Shown: piece by piece, positions 19,237 to 29,765 of the stretch
How positions within the stretch are numbered: the first letter of the stretch is position 1
Layout: the number at the start of each line of letters is the position of its first letter
From: an uncultured Gemmatimonadaceae bacterium
Lineage (GTDB): Bacteria > Gemmatimonadota > Gemmatimonadetes > Gemmatimonadales > GWC2-71-9
Assembly: GCA_964518955.1 (NCBI GenBank)
Contig: CAZFHS010000021.1
Coordinates: 31,058-95,057, forward strand
Direction: 5' to 3'
DNA: 64,000 bases
Notes under the pieces: model-generated
What the model saw: the letters and a program-made list of their open reading frames with translations, nothing else
Database searches by the model: none
Told to the model about the DNA's origin: nothing
Translations under genes and position numbers: made by a program

Positions 19237-20451
19237 TTACTCGTATCTCAAAGCTTCGATCGGGTCCAGCAATGACGCGCGCCGTGCAGGCCAGAGACCG
19301 AAGAAGATTCCGACCATTGCGCTGAACGCAACCGCCACCAATACGGACTGCGGTGAAACGAACGTATTCCAATTGGCCAATCTCGAAAGCGCCACAGCCC
19401 CACTAGCACCAGCTGCTACTCCGATGAGCCCGCCCAATAGGCACAGAACCAACGCTTCCACCAGGAACTGCAGCATAATGTTCTTTCTGGTCGCGCCGAG
19501 TGCCTTTCGGACCCCGATCTCACGCGTTCGCTCGGTAACCGAGACCAACATGATATTCATGATCCCGATGCCACCAACCAACAGGCTCACGGCGGCGATG
19601 CCGCCCAATAGAAACGTGAACGTGCGTGTGGTCTCTTCGAACGTCTCCAAGAACTCAGACCGATCCATGATGTTGAAGTCGTTGTCCCTTCCCGGAGCGA
19701 TGCCGTGCTCGCGCCTCAACACCCGTTCGATTTCGATCATTGCAATCGTCATCGAATCGGGGTGTGCAACCTGCACGTTTATCGAGCTTACTCTATCGCT
19801 GCCAAAGATGCGGTATTGTGCGGTCTGGATCGGAACGAGGATCTGTTCGTCGGGATTGTTCCAGCCGCTCGACGACCCCTTCTCCTCCAGCAATCCAACC
19901 ACTTCGAATGGTATGCCCCGAATAACGATCTGCTGACCTATCATTGCCGGACCGTTCGCATCCAAGTTCGCCGGTACTTGGCTGCCAAGCACTGCAACAC
20001 GTTTGCGCGAGATGCCGTCACCGGCTGTGAACATCCGGCCGGCCGCAACATCGTAATTATTCACGCCGATGTATTCAGGCACCGTGCCGTTCACGTTCAC
20101 GTTGATGTTGCTGTTCGCGAATTCGACCTGCTGGTTTCGTCTTATCTCAGGTACGACCGCAGAGAGACCTCCTGCGTCGCTTGCCAGCGCAGTGGCATCG
20201 TCAATCGTCAGGCTCACCCGATCAGCGCTAGCGACACCTCGATGAAAAGACTGTCCGGCCTGAACGGACAGGAGGTTTGTGCCCAAGGCTTGGATGCGCT
20301 CCTGCACGTCCTGCTGCGCCCCGCTTCCCAGGGCCACCATTGTGATGACCGCACCCACACCAATGACAATGCCGAGCATTGTGAGAAACGAGCGCAGTTT
20401 GTTCGCCCGTATGGCGCCGAGTGCAACGTTGAAAATTTCTCCAAAGAGCAT
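19237..20451 (-). CDS. MacB/FtsX-like ABC permease
   Basis: RANKLRSFLTMLGIVIGVGAVI; GGIGIMNIMLVSVTERTREIGVRKALGA; PIEALRYE. Confidence 0.95.
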   Translation of the reverse strand: MLFGEIFNVALGAIRANKLRSFLTMLGIVIGVGAVITMVALGSGAQQDVQERIQALGTNLLSVQAGQSFHRGVASADRVSLTIDDATALASDAGGLSAVVPEIRRNQQVEFANSNINVNVNGTVPEYIGVNNYDVAAGRMFTAGDGISRKRVAVLGSQVPANLDANGPAMIGQQIVIRGIPFEVVGLLEEKGSSSGWNNPDEQILVPIQTAQYRIFGSDRVSSINVQVAHPDSMTIAMIEIERVLRREHGIAPGRDNDFNIMDRSEFLETFEETTRTFTFLLGGIAAVSLLVGGIGIMNIMLVSVTERTREIGVRKALGATRKNIMLQFLVEALVLCLLGGLIGVAAGASGAVALSRLANWNTFVSPQSVLVAVAFSAMVGIFFGLWPARRASLLDPIEALRYE

Positions 20452-20464
20452 TTGACAAACTCCT

Positions 20465-21970
20465 CTACCTGCGCGAGACGCCCGGGAGCCCACCAGCACG
20501 GCGACTCATGAATTCCTGCATTCTCTGTTGGCTCGCGAGCAGGCTGGAGCTAGGTAATACGAGCACCGTATCGCCGACCTCGAGTCCCGACACAACCTCT
20601 GAATAGTCGAGATCGGTGAGTCCGGTTCGTACCGAAATCGGTACCGGCAGTCCATCGCGCATCACGAACACCGTGTAGTTGCCTCCCATGAGCGCAGCGT
20701 CGGTGGCACTCTGACTCTCGCCCGGACGGCCACCACCTCCACCGCCTCCCTGGCCCCTACCCATGAGTTGCCGCATGATGTTGCGGTCGGCGTCACTCAG
20801 AGATCCCATCATCGAGCGCATGTCAGATGCGCCCTGCAATCTCTGTGCAAGTGCCTGGACTGCCTCCAGGTCCATGTCCTCAGGGACGGGTACCGACCGT
20901 CCCATGAGCGTGACGGTTCGCGACTCAGCCGTTGGATCCGCCGCATTTGTCTCGTTTCCGTCACCCTGTTCTCCCGCTCGCGCGGCAGCAATCTGCTGCG
21001 TCACGGCTTCCGGATCGAATCCCAATACCTGCGCGGCGGCGGTCACATCAGGACCATCGGTTCGAAGAGCTGCGTTTGGAACCGCGGCCACACCGTACTT
21101 CGACCCAACGTGCATTTCCACCTCGGCGTTCATGCCTGGCCGAAGCAAACCGTCCTGGTTGGGGATCCGAATCAGAACAGGAAACATTGTAACGTTCTGT
21201 GCGACAGTGGCCTGGGGCTCGATCCGCAGCACCTTTCCTTCGAACGGGCGGTTGGGGTATGCATCAACCAGGATCGTTACGTCGAGCCCCTCGCTGATCT
21301 TCCCGATGTCGGTTTCGTCAACAAGAGATCGAACCTGCACGGTGTCGAGGTTTGCCATCTGCAACAGAATGGTTCCGCCGCCCACCTCACGCGTAGCTGA
21401 GGAGATCACAGTGCCAACTTCAACGTTCTTCTGAATGATGACGCCATCGCCAGGTGCTCTGACGTCAGTGTCCTCGGCGGCAATCTCTGCATCCGAAAGT
21501 GAACGTTGAGCCCGCACGAGCTGTGCGTTTGCGCTGGCCACCGATAGCCTCGTGTTGTCGTACTCTTCCTCGGTGATCGACTGCGTCTCGAACAACCCTA
21601 CTGCTCGCCGCAATTGCGCCTGGGCATTCTCGAGCTGCGCCTCGGCCAGTTCCAGGTCGGCTTGTGCCTGTCGTAGCGTCGCCTGCGGGACGCGCGGGTC
21701 GACGCGTACCAGCAACTGCCCCGGACGCACGACGTCACCTGTCTCGACGTGCAATTCGAAGATCTCTCCCGACGCCTTCGACTTGACCTCTATGGTTCTG
21801 ATCGGCTCGACTGTACCCGCGGCGCTTGCAGCTACGATGATATCACGGTTCTCCACGGTCAGTAGCTGGTACATCTGTTGTGTTTCTTCCTCGTCTGACG
21901 ATCGGAAGAACCTCGTGGCGGCGATGACGCTCACCGCCACCACCGCAATTATGATCACATTCCTTATCAT
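20465..21970 (-). CDS. MacA-like membrane fusion protein with Gly/Met-rich insertion
   Basis: [46 protein letters not shown]. Confidence 0.9.
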   Translation of the reverse strand: MIRNVIIIAVVAVSVIAATRFFRSSDEEETQQMYQLLTVENRDIIVAASAAGTVEPIRTIEVKSKASGEIFELHVETGDVVRPGQLLVRVDPRVPQATLRQAQADLELAEAQLENAQAQLRRAVGLFETQSITEEEYDNTRLSVASANAQLVRAQRSLSDAEIAAEDTDVRAPGDGVIIQKNVEVGTVISSATREVGGGTILLQMANLDTVQVRSLVDETDIGKISEGLDVTILVDAYPNRPFEGKVLRIEPQATVAQNVTMFPVLIRIPNQDGLLRPGMNAEVEMHVGSKYGVAAVPNAALRTDGPDVTAAAQVLGFDPEAVTQQIAAARAGEQGDGNETNAADPTAESRTVTLMGRSVPVPEDMDLEAVQALAQRLQGASDMRSMMGSLSDADRNIMRQLMGRGQGGGGGGGRPGESQSATDAALMGGNYTVFVMRDGLPVPISVRTGLTDLDYSEVVSGLEVGDTVLVLPSSSLLASQQRMQEFMSRRAGGLPGVSRR

Positions 21971-22710
21971 GCTGTTTTCTCTACAATCATGTCCTGTTCT
22001 ACTCGGCCGTCCCGCAAGCGTATTTGGCGAGCGGCGTGATTAGCGATGTCTTGCTCGTGGGTGATCAAGACTATCGTTTGACCGGCTGCATGTAATCCCT
22101 CCATTACTCCCATGATCTCGGCGCTTGTGGCGCTGTCCAAATTCCCTGTGGGCTCGTCCGCGAGCAGAATGCTCGGTTCGTTCACCAATGCCCGCGCACA
22201 CGCAACGCGTTGACGTTCTCCGCCCGACAACTCGGCTGGGCGATGTTCTACGCGGTCTCCGAGCCCGACCCGCTCCAACGCCGTGCGGGCGCGCTCGCGC
22301 CGCACTTTTGCCGGAACTCCTGCGTAAATGAGTGGCAACTCGACGTTGTGCAGCGCTGTGGCTCTAGGCAGGAGATTGAATGTCTGGAACACGAACCCGA
22401 TTTCTTTGTTACGTATACGAGCGAGTTCGTCGTCTTCCAGCTCACTCACCTTTTGGGAATTGAGCCAATACTCGCCTGCAGTTGGCGTATCGAGACACCC
22501 CAGCAGGTTCATGAGCGTCGACTTGCCCGATCCAGATGGTCCCATGATGGCTACGAACTCGTTGCGGCGGATCTGCAGATTCGCGGATCGCAATGCGTGA
22601 ACGACTTCGGCGCCAAGCTCGTAGTCTCGTGTCAGCTTGTACGTGAGAATGACGACATCCGCCGTCGGCATATCACCGGTCTGGAATTCCTGATGGACGA
22701 TGCCGCTCAT
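21967..22710 (-). CDS. MacB/LolD-type ABC ATP-binding protein
   Basis: [29 protein letters not shown]. Confidence 0.95.
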   Translation of the reverse strand: MSGIVHQEFQTGDMPTADVVILTYKLTRDYELGAEVVHALRSANLQIRRNEFVAIMGPSGSGKSTLMNLLGCLDTPTAGEYWLNSQKVSELEDDELARIRNKEIGFVFQTFNLLPRATALHNVELPLIYAGVPAKVRRERARTALERVGLGDRVEHRPAELSGGERQRVACARALVNEPSILLADEPTGNLDSATSAEIMGVMEGLHAAGQTIVLITHEQDIANHAARQIRLRDGRVEQDMIVEKTA

Positions 22711-23984
22711 AGCTCTCTCCCCACTAAGGCCTCTACCTGGGCCTTGGCGACCAGGTAGTCGAATCGCGCTTGCACGATGTCGACTTCTGCCTGATCGAGG
22801 TTTACCTGCGATGCCAACACGTCGACGATAGTTGCCGCGCCCAAGCGGTAGCGCTCGCGCTGCACACGTAGATCTTCTTCCGACGCTGCGCGACTTGCCT
22901 CAGCGATCTCGAGCCGCGTGCGCGCCGATGCAAGTGAAGCCAGATACACCGTTAGATCGGCATTGACCTGGCGCCTGGCATCCTCGGCTTGCGCTCGCGC
23001 GGTCTCCAAAGCCCACGAGGAGCGGGTGCGGTTCATCTCTCGAGTGAAGCCGTTGAACAAGGTCCAAGAGAAACTCAGCCGGGCAGACCAGCTTGGGTTC
23101 AGATCGAGCCACTGGTTTGCAGACCACGATTTAGACGCCGATGCCGTCGCTCTCGGCAGGTACTGCGATGTGGTAGCTGAGTACTGTGCCGCAGCGGAGC
23201 GTTCCCCTGCGTCCGTTTCTTGGATCAACGGCGAACGCGCCAGAGCTTCGGTGCGAAGTGACGTGGTGTCCAGATCGGAAATGACCAGGAGGTCGTCATC
23301 AGTCGCTGCGGAAACAGATCCGTCCAACCCGACAAGCCTCGCAAGATCCGCTTCCGCGGTTGATAGTTGAGTTTCGGCCTGCAGGCGCTGCAATTCCGCG
23401 TTAGCTACCTCGACATGCGACCGCAGCGTGTCGGACCGCGTAGCTGTTCCGGCATTCAGCTTCTCGATCGAGATATTCAGCTGCTCCTGGGCTCTCTCGA
23501 TCCGAGTGTCAGAAATGCGCACCAACTCTTCTGCGGACAGTGCGTTGAAAAACGCCTGCTTGACCTGAAGAATCGTTTGGAACCGCGAACTGACAAAGGA
23601 AGCATCAGCGCTGGCCAGCTCGGCATCGGCAATGCGATGGTCGGCGAGCCGAGCGAATCCATCGAATAGAGTCATGTTCGCCGAAAGGCCGGCGGAGTAC
23701 GACGATGACGATCCGGAGATTGTCGTCTGAGTCCGTTCGTCCCAGCGCGTAGAAGAGTTCACGCTACTACTTGCACTCGAAGAGAGTGAGGGAAGCCAAC
23801 TGCCCCAGGTTTGCAGTTTGGTGGCGTTGGCGTTCTCTATTGCGCCGCGAGCCTGAACCATCGACGGGAGCGTTTCCATGGCCCGTTCGATTGCTTCACC
23901 TAGCGTGATGGACTGACCCTGAGCATTCGCTGTGCCAACCGTCAGACAGCTAGCCACTGCCCACAGCCAAACTGTTCTAGTCAT
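22707..23984 (-). CDS. TolC family outer-membrane efflux protein
   Basis: Signal peptide; two OEP repeats; [16 protein letters not shown]. Confidence 0.9.
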   Translation of the reverse strand: MTRTVWLWAVASCLTVGTANAQGQSITLGEAIERAMETLPSMVQARGAIENANATKLQTWGSWLPSLSSSASSSVNSSTRWDERTQTTISGSSSSYSAGLSANMTLFDGFARLADHRIADAELASADASFVSSRFQTILQVKQAFFNALSAEELVRISDTRIERAQEQLNISIEKLNAGTATRSDTLRSHVEVANAELQRLQAETQLSTAEADLARLVGLDGSVSAATDDDLLVISDLDTTSLRTEALARSPLIQETDAGERSAAAQYSATTSQYLPRATASASKSWSANQWLDLNPSWSARLSFSWTLFNGFTREMNRTRSSWALETARAQAEDARRQVNADLTVYLASLASARTRLEIAEASRAASEEDLRVQRERYRLGAATIVDVLASQVNLDQAEVDIVQARFDYLVAKAQVEALVGREL

Positions 23985-24408
23985 GATATCTGTTTTCTCT
24001 TGACTCACGTTCCCTATCTCCCCTGCGTCTACTTCGCTCTATCATTTCACTGTATTTCGTCTGTTGTTCGGCGTCCAGCAGTTGCATGATCTCGGCAGCA
24101 ACCTCCTGGCGCAGGGTATCGATCCTCGCCCGCAGGTCTCGCCAAGCTATGCGCATATCTGCCTGACTCACCGCCAAGATCGAGTCAACAGCGGCGTGCT
24201 GATCCACCGTCAGGTTGAGGTCCTCTTGTAGGTGCTCAGAATAGCTCTTGCGCTCGCGGTCCCGTGAATCAGACGAACCGCTGCGTCTACTGCGATCGTC
24301 ATGGCCGTCGTCGCCGAGTGTACTCCACACCGGACCGGCGACCGCGACGCCGGCCGCGAAGACGGCAATCAGCAGTGTAGCTGCCCAGAGCTTAGATCGG
24401 TTGAGCAT
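23977..24408 (-). CDS. Membrane-anchored periplasmic helical protein (Spy/CpxP/CnrX-like)
   Basis: N-terminal TM; LNLTVDQ..VDSIL and LLDAEQQTKY (LTxxQ-like repeats). Confidence 0.65.
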   Translation of the reverse strand: MLNRSKLWAATLLIAVFAAGVAVAGPVWSTLGDDGHDDRSRRSGSSDSRDRERKSYSEHLQEDLNLTVDQHAAVDSILAVSQADMRIAWRDLRARIDTLRQEVAAEIMQLLDAEQQTKYSEMIERSRRRGDRERESRENRYHD

Positions 24409-24492
24409 ACCGGCCTCTTACTCCAGTCCCGTTGTACGTTGAATCTCGGCATCACTCATGTTGACAGCCGAGGGCTTCAGTTCGTTTCCCAT

Positions 24493-24864
24493 TCAGTTCC
24501 CCATCTCCAGTGCGAGCACCTCATTGAGGTCCGGTGCTTGACTCGCCAGGAAAGCGGCTGGTATTTCGACCGCCGCTTGAAGCGGGTCATCGAGAGCCGT
24601 CGACACGTTGGATTGCGCCCCTGTACCGCTCCACCAAAGAGCCGCCGCCGCAAGCATTCCGATCACAGCAGCAGCCAGGCCCGGTCTCGCCCAAGCGTTC
24701 AGGATTTCCCACCATTCTCCGTCATCGAGCTGCCGCAGGTGAATCTCCGCGGCAGAATCAACCACGCGCCTGACGAATGCGGTCTCGTCTCGCCCGGAGA
24801 GTGCAGCCCTCAGGGCATCGCCGAGTTCTCGATCTTGGCGATGATCAAATGGAGATACTCTCAT
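24493..24864 (-). CDS. Putative single-TM anti-sigma factor
   Basis: ATG overlaps the sigma stop (ATGA); one TM (GLAAAVIGMLAAAALWW). Confidence 0.6.
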   Translation of the reverse strand: MRVSPFDHRQDRELGDALRAALSGRDETAFVRRVVDSAAEIHLRQLDDGEWWEILNAWARPGLAAAVIGMLAAAALWWSGTGAQSNVSTALDDPLQAAVEIPAAFLASQAPDLNEVLALEMGN

Positions 24865-25505
24865 CGCATATCCTCCTTCAACTGCTCCCATCCTGCCAGG
24901 GCCTTTCGCAGAGCGCGGCGGGCATGGAAGACGTCAGACCTTGCCGTCCCGACAGGTATCTTCAGAGTTGCTGCTACCTCGTCGTGCGAATACCCCTCAA
25001 CGTCGAATAGCACCACCGCTATTCTCCTTCTCTCCGGCAATGTCGCCAACGCCCCCTCCAGAGCAGCATGGAACTCCCTCCTGACAGCAAGGCCGTCGGG
25101 CCCCGGCCCGGAATCTCGGGTGTCATGCGGGACTTCTTCCGTTGCCCTGACCTTGCGCCTTCGACGCCTGTCGGTCGCCGCGTTCGAAACGACCCGCATG
25201 AGCCATGGGCCGAACGGACGGCTTGGGTCGTATCGGCCCAAGTTGCGCAATGCGGCCAGGAACCCGTCCTGCGCCGCATCGTCTGCGTCAGCCTCGTTGC
25301 CAAGCACCGCGCGCGCCACCCGTCGTGCCTGCCCCGCATACCGTTGGACCAGTTCACCAAAGGCCTCTCGATCTCCGGAGTGAGCGCGAACCGCAAGCTC
25401 CTCGTCGCCCGAAAGCTTTGGGTCGTCCTCAACCCTACTATCAGTACGCGCGGCAGGGTCTTCGTGTTGACCCGCGGAACCGTCAGTTCCGTTCTTGCGC
25501 TTCAC
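24861..25505 (-). CDS. ECF-type RNA polymerase sigma-70 factor
   Basis: ADDAAQDGFLAA, FGPWLMRVVSN, VVLFDVEGYSHDEVAATL.IPVGTARSDVFHAR. Confidence 0.92.
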   Translation of the reverse strand: MKRKNGTDGSAGQHEDPAARTDSRVEDDPKLSGDEELAVRAHSGDREAFGELVQRYAGQARRVARAVLGNEADADDAAQDGFLAALRNLGRYDPSRPFGPWLMRVVSNAATDRRRRRKVRATEEVPHDTRDSGPGPDGLAVRREFHAALEGALATLPERRRIAVVLFDVEGYSHDEVAATLKIPVGTARSDVFHARRALRKALAGWEQLKEDMR

Positions 25506-26077
25506 GCGTCTCCAAGACCGAGTGTCTTTTCGACGGGTCTAAGGGCCTCAATCACGAACTGAACGTGTTCGTCGAATGCCAGGCCGGCTTCCTCTGCACC
25601 TTGCCGTATTTCATCCCGGTTGACCGCACGAGCGAATCCCTTGTCTTTGAGTTTTTTCTTCACGCTCTTGACCTTGAGGTCCAGAAGGCTCCTCGACGGG
25701 CGCACCAACGCGCACGCATTCAGAAAGCCGCACAGCTCATCAACCGCATAGAGCATCTTTGCCATGAGGCTGACCCGCGGCACTCCAGTGTGCTCGCCGT
25801 GCCCGAGAATGGCCTCACACACGTCGTCGGGGTAGCCGCGCTCACGGAGGATTTTTACCCCCGTTGAGGGATGCTCTTCCGTCGGAGAGCGATCGTGATT
25901 GGGATAACGCTCGTAGTCGAAGTCATGAAGGAGACCCACGATGCCCCACCGCTCCTCGTCCTCTCCGTATTCCTTTGCGTATGCACGCATGGCTGCTTCG
26001 ACGGCGTACATATGTTTGCGCAGTGCATCGGATTCAGTGTATTCGTGCATCAAGTCGAGAGCTTCTTGGTAATTCAT
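25502..26077 (-). CDS. HD/HDIG domain metal-dependent phosphohydrolase
   Basis: LRKHMYAVE, GLLHDFDYE, AILGH, LYAVDEL; start re-called to ATG 26077 overlapping the asnB stop. Confidence 0.88.
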   Translation of the reverse strand: MNYQEALDLMHEYTESDALRKHMYAVEAAMRAYAKEYGEDEERWGIVGLLHDFDYERYPNHDRSPTEEHPSTGVKILRERGYPDDVCEAILGHGEHTGVPRVSLMAKMLYAVDELCGFLNACALVRPSRSLLDLKVKSVKKKLKDKGFARAVNRDEIRQGAEEAGLAFDEHVQFVIEALRPVEKTLGLGDA

Positions 26078-27936
26078 AGGTTCCTCTCCGGTACCCATCG
26101 TTCGATCCAGTATTGGAGCATCAACAGCGCCCACAGGGCCCGCCCGTGGTTGGCTACACGGTTCTGATGTTCTTTGAGAAGTTGGCGAACATTGTCGGGA
26201 TGCAACAGGCCCTGGCGCTCCATCCGCCCGTGATCCAGCAGCCTGTCGACGTCCGTTCTCAGTCCTTTGTTCAGCCAGGTAGCCACAGGCACGCTCAGTC
26301 CACGCTTCTTTCTGAATACCAGATTCCGCGGGAGCCATCGCAATGCGACCCGCTTGAGCAACCACTTAGTGGTAGTGCGCCTCACCTTGAACCTCGGGTC
26401 GAGCTTCAGTGCGAACTCCGTCAGGTCCGTATCCAGGAACGGAGCTCTTGCTTCAATCGAGGCGAGCATCGTTGCTCGATCGACCTTTGTCAGCAGGTTG
26501 TCGCGCAAATACGTGCAGTAGTCGAAAAGACATGCGCCGGATATGGGGTCGCTCGATTTTGGGAATTCTGGAGGATCGTAGGCCTGATTGGCCAGGTCTG
26601 GATTGAGAATTTCAACTCCAACGCCAGTGCCAAACCAAGACATATGTCGGTCCGGCAACGGCAACGCCACAGCCGAGAAGAAGCGCTTCAACAAGAACTC
26701 AACGGACACCTTGCTTTCCAGGGAAGCTGGTGCCAACCCTGAAAGACGACTCAATGTCTGCTGAACAACGCTTGGTAGATTATCGAAACATGGAGCCGCT
26801 CGATGGCCGAGGTATGTTGGGTACCCCCCAAACAATTCGTCGGCTCCTTCGCCTCCGAGCACCACCTTCACGTGATCTCGCGCCTCTGCGGCGAGCAGGT
26901 AGGTGGGAAGTATCGCCGGGTCCGCGCTGGGTTCGGCCAGCGTCCCCACTATCTTGCCAACTGCCCCGTACATAGCAGCATGATCCACGACGATGGATCG
27001 ATGGCTGGTGCCGAGGTGCGAAGCGATTTCCTGGGCGTACTGCCTCTCGTCGAAGTCCGGTTCGGTGAAGCCCACGCTAAACGTGCTCACTGCACTGGGA
27101 TCTCTGTGGCGACATGCTTGAGCCGCTATCAGAGATGAATCCACGCCACCACTCGTGAAGATGCCCACCGGCACATCCGCAGTAAGCTGTTTCTCGACTG
27201 CCCGGGACAAGAGCGATTCCAGCTCTACAGTTGCGTCTCCGGTGCTCTTTGGTTTCCCGGGCTCCATGTTCGGGTCCCAATAGCGGTTTTCTTTCCGGCT
27301 CCCTGAGGAGAACTTCACAGTCGTCCCGGCACCGACCTTTCTGACATCTTCGAACATCGTCCTCGGTTCGGCGATGTAGCCGAGAGTCACGAAGTCGCGG
27401 AGCGCAACGACATCGAGGTTCCTTGCCAGGTTCTGCAAACTCAGGAGCGCCTGCACTTCGGAGGCGAACCAGACTTCACCGTTTTGGCAGCAGTAAAACA
27501 GCGGCTTTTCACCGGCTCGATCTCTCGCAAGTGTCAGCTCGTGACCTTTGGCGTCGTAGACCGCGATCGCAAACATGCCATCGAGTTCGGACACGCAAGC
27601 TGCGCCCAAATCCAAGAAGAGAGGCACTACAACCTCTGCATCTGCGCGTGATTTGAAGGGGTATTCTGCATAGCGTTCGCGCAGCGCAGGTGCGTTGTAG
27701 ATAGCCCCGTTCACCACCGCCCAAACCCGCTCTGCAGGATCGACGAACGGCTGATCGCCGGCGGGAGTCGGATCGTAGATTCGAAGCCTCTCCGCACCGA
27801 ATGCCGCACGAGGTTCTACACGAATTCCGTGCGCGTCGGGCCCCCTGTAGCGAAGTCGGTGCCCCATCTCTTCCAGAACTTCAGTGTGCCGGAGCGGCTC
27901 CTCGCCGGTAGCAACGGCTCCATAGATTCCGCACAC
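26074..27936 (-). CDS. asnB: Asparagine synthase (glutamine-hydrolysing) family amidotransferase
   Basis: N-terminal (M)CGI at GTG 27936, YRGPD, RDRAGEKPL, SGGVDSS, GEGADELFGGY, EARAPFLD. Confidence 0.92.
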   Translation of the reverse strand: MCGIYGAVATGEEPLRHTEVLEEMGHRLRYRGPDAHGIRVEPRAAFGAERLRIYDPTPAGDQPFVDPAERVWAVVNGAIYNAPALRERYAEYPFKSRADAEVVVPLFLDLGAACVSELDGMFAIAVYDAKGHELTLARDRAGEKPLFYCCQNGEVWFASEVQALLSLQNLARNLDVVALRDFVTLGYIAEPRTMFEDVRKVGAGTTVKFSSGSRKENRYWDPNMEPGKPKSTGDATVELESLLSRAVEKQLTADVPVGIFTSGGVDSSLIAAQACRHRDPSAVSTFSVGFTEPDFDERQYAQEIASHLGTSHRSIVVDHAAMYGAVGKIVGTLAEPSADPAILPTYLLAAEARDHVKVVLGGEGADELFGGYPTYLGHRAAPCFDNLPSVVQQTLSRLSGLAPASLESKVSVEFLLKRFFSAVALPLPDRHMSWFGTGVGVEILNPDLANQAYDPPEFPKSSDPISGACLFDYCTYLRDNLLTKVDRATMLASIEARAPFLDTDLTEFALKLDPRFKVRRTTTKWLLKRVALRWLPRNLVFRKKRGLSVPVATWLNKGLRTDVDRLLDHGRMERQGLLHPDNVRQLLKEHQNRVANHGRALWALLMLQYWIERWVPERNL

Positions 27937-27938
27937 GA

Positions 27939-29753
27939 CTACTGCCCCATTCGAGCCAGAGTTTCCATTCCACAGGGGCCGTATGCGACATACTTGTCGG
28001 TCGTCACGATGAGGTTGAGATGACTCAATGCCTCCCTCGAGCCTGTGTCTTCCGTCGAAGCGACGAAAACCGTTGGTTCCGAGCAGGTGAGAAGAGCTTC
28101 CTGCCACCAGTCTGCTCGTCGCAAAGGGGATCCAAACCCGCGGTACTCTCGAATGTGGCGCGTGAGGTAGTTGCTGGTCATCTCTTGCCCGTCAGCTGTT
28201 GCGACGACCATCGTGTGGCGTAGGTAGAACGGCAGCGACGGTGGGTAGACGCCGACTCCGACGACTCTTGTGCCGTCGCCGCCTGCATCTGTAATCGCCT
28301 TTGCGATCAATGCTGCCGAACGATCGTCTGCGATTGCTTGCATGAGGGCATGACTCGAGATCGGAATCGCCGCAACGGGTAATGAGAGGGCAAATAGCAC
28401 GAGCCCCAGACGACGTCGAGCGAACCATGCCAGCAGGCCACCGCAGAGGCATGCCGACCCCAGGAACATGGCTGTGCCAGGGATTGCGGAGGCAACCTCA
28501 GGATTGGCCGGCACAAACCCCCGTATCGTTTGGCTGGCGCCTATGAAAAACAGGCCCAGCATTGCCAGGCTGACCGCGCCCCAGCGGCTCCCAATCAATT
28601 CCGAAAACCTGCCTTGCCAGGCTCCGGCGATCAACAACGCCACGGCTGGAACCAATGGAAGCACGTACTGTGGACGCTTGGATTGTGACAGCGTGAAAAA
28701 AATCAGCGGGAGGAAAACCCATAACATCAAGTACACAATCCGTCGATCCAGCTGACCCGCAGCATTTCTCTTTTGAAAACAGCTCTTTGCGGCACCTGCC
28801 AACACCGCGGACCACGGCAGCGCCGCCGCCGGCAAAATCGCGAGGAAGTACCATATCGGCCCGGTCCGCCCCAGTTCGGTAGTCGAGAATCGACCCGCCG
28901 TCTCCGTCAGCAAGGCGTACTCGAGAAAGTCCGGTATCCGCAATGAAACGGCAATCACCCAGGGAGCGACAATCGCAAGGAACAGAAGAATCGCAATCGG
29001 ATCGGTTACCGAACGCCACGCTCGGTAGCGAATTGCGAAAGGAAGGGCAACTAGGAGTGGTAACACTATGGCGATCGGACCTTTGGTCAGCACGCCAAAG
29101 GCTATGGCTACCCAGGCGACTGCGGACCAGCCCTCCCCCTTCCCTACCACCCCGGCGGTAGGGCGGTAGGGCGGTAGGGCGGTACCCTCCACACCACGTA
29201 CCCCCGAGGCGGACGGGTCATTCGATGCATCCTGTCCGCCTGTCCGCCTGTCCGCCTGTCCGCCTTCTATCCGCTCCTCAATCGCCAGATAGAAGCTCAC
29301 AAGTGCCAGGACCACGAATAACGTCAGTGCACTGTCGAATATCACAATGCGTGCGTACGCCAACGTAAACGGAGTCGCCGCAGTGGCGATTGCGGCGGTC
29401 ATTGCCGCACCACGACCAAAGATCCTGTTTGCAAACCAGCCAACGAGTCCGATCGTGGCGAGAGAAAAGAGCAGCGAAGGAAGCCTAGCGGCGAATTCCG
29501 TTGGGCCCAGTGCCTTCATGGAAATGGCCCCAACTGCAAAGTACAGAATCGGTTTGTCGAGGTAGGGGAGGCCGTTCAGATGAGGGAGAACGAAGTCACC
29601 TGTCGCCATCATTTCCCTCGAGACCTCAGCGTTGCGTCCCTCGTCAGGATCGAAGAGCGCGTAACCACTCATGTTGTGTGTGAGACCCACGAAGCACAGG
29701 ACGATGCAGGCCATCATCCAAATATTCGACGCGGTGGGCTTTGGTATTTGCAC
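27939..29753 (-). CDS. ArnT/PMT-like GT39 glycosyltransferase
   Basis: DPDEGRN.E.SREM, YLDKP, FAARLPS, VLTKGP, SKRPQYVLP; many TM helices. Confidence 0.88.
   Translation of the reverse strand: MQIPKPTASNIWMMACIVLCFVGLTHNMSGYALFDPDEGRNAEVSREMMATGDFVLPHLNGLPYLDKPILYFAVGAISMKALGPTEFAARLPSLLFSLATIGLVGWFANRIFGRGAAMTAAIATAATPFTLAYARIVIFDSALTLFVVLALVSFYLAIEERIEGGQADRRTGGQDASNDPSASGVRGVEGTALPPYRPTAGVVGKGEGWSAVAWVAIAFGVLTKGPIAIVLPLLVALPFAIRYRAWRSVTDPIAILLFLAIVAPWVIAVSLRIPDFLEYALLTETAGRFSTTELGRTGPIWYFLAILPAAALPWSAVLAGAAKSCFQKRNAAGQLDRRIVYLMLWVFLPLIFFTLSQSKRPQYVLPLVPAVALLIAGAWQGRFSELIGSRWGAVSLAMLGLFFIGASQTIRGFVPANPEVASAIPGTAMFLGSACLCGGLLAWFARRRLGLVLFALSLPVAAIPISSHALMQAIADDRSAALIAKAITDAGGDGTRVVGVGVYPPSLPFYLRHTMVVATADGQEMTSNYLTRHIREYRGFGSPLRRADWWQEALLTCSEPTVFVASTEDTGSREALSHLNLIVTTDKYVAYGPCGMETLARMGQ
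29154..29264. repeat. 111-bp octamer-built imperfect inverted repeat, in frame within the GT39 gene
   Basis: About 4x GGCGGTAG (29154-29184) and 4x CCTGTCCG+CC (29231-29264); GGCGG/CCGCC cores are complementary; 111 bp = 37 codons. Confidence 0.8.
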
Positions 29754-29765
29754 CAGAGCGGGCGG

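Noticed and set aside
24301-25383. 360-aa plus-strand ORF, and similar long ORFs such as 8186-9103, 19094-19936, 19705-20511 and 89-586
   Set aside because: Antisense shadows of well-supported genes in GC-rich DNA; no recognisable motifs or RBS.
29154-29264. CRISPR-like or telomere-like repeat array
   Set aside because: Units are 8 bp, contiguous and without unique spacers; no cas genes in the window.
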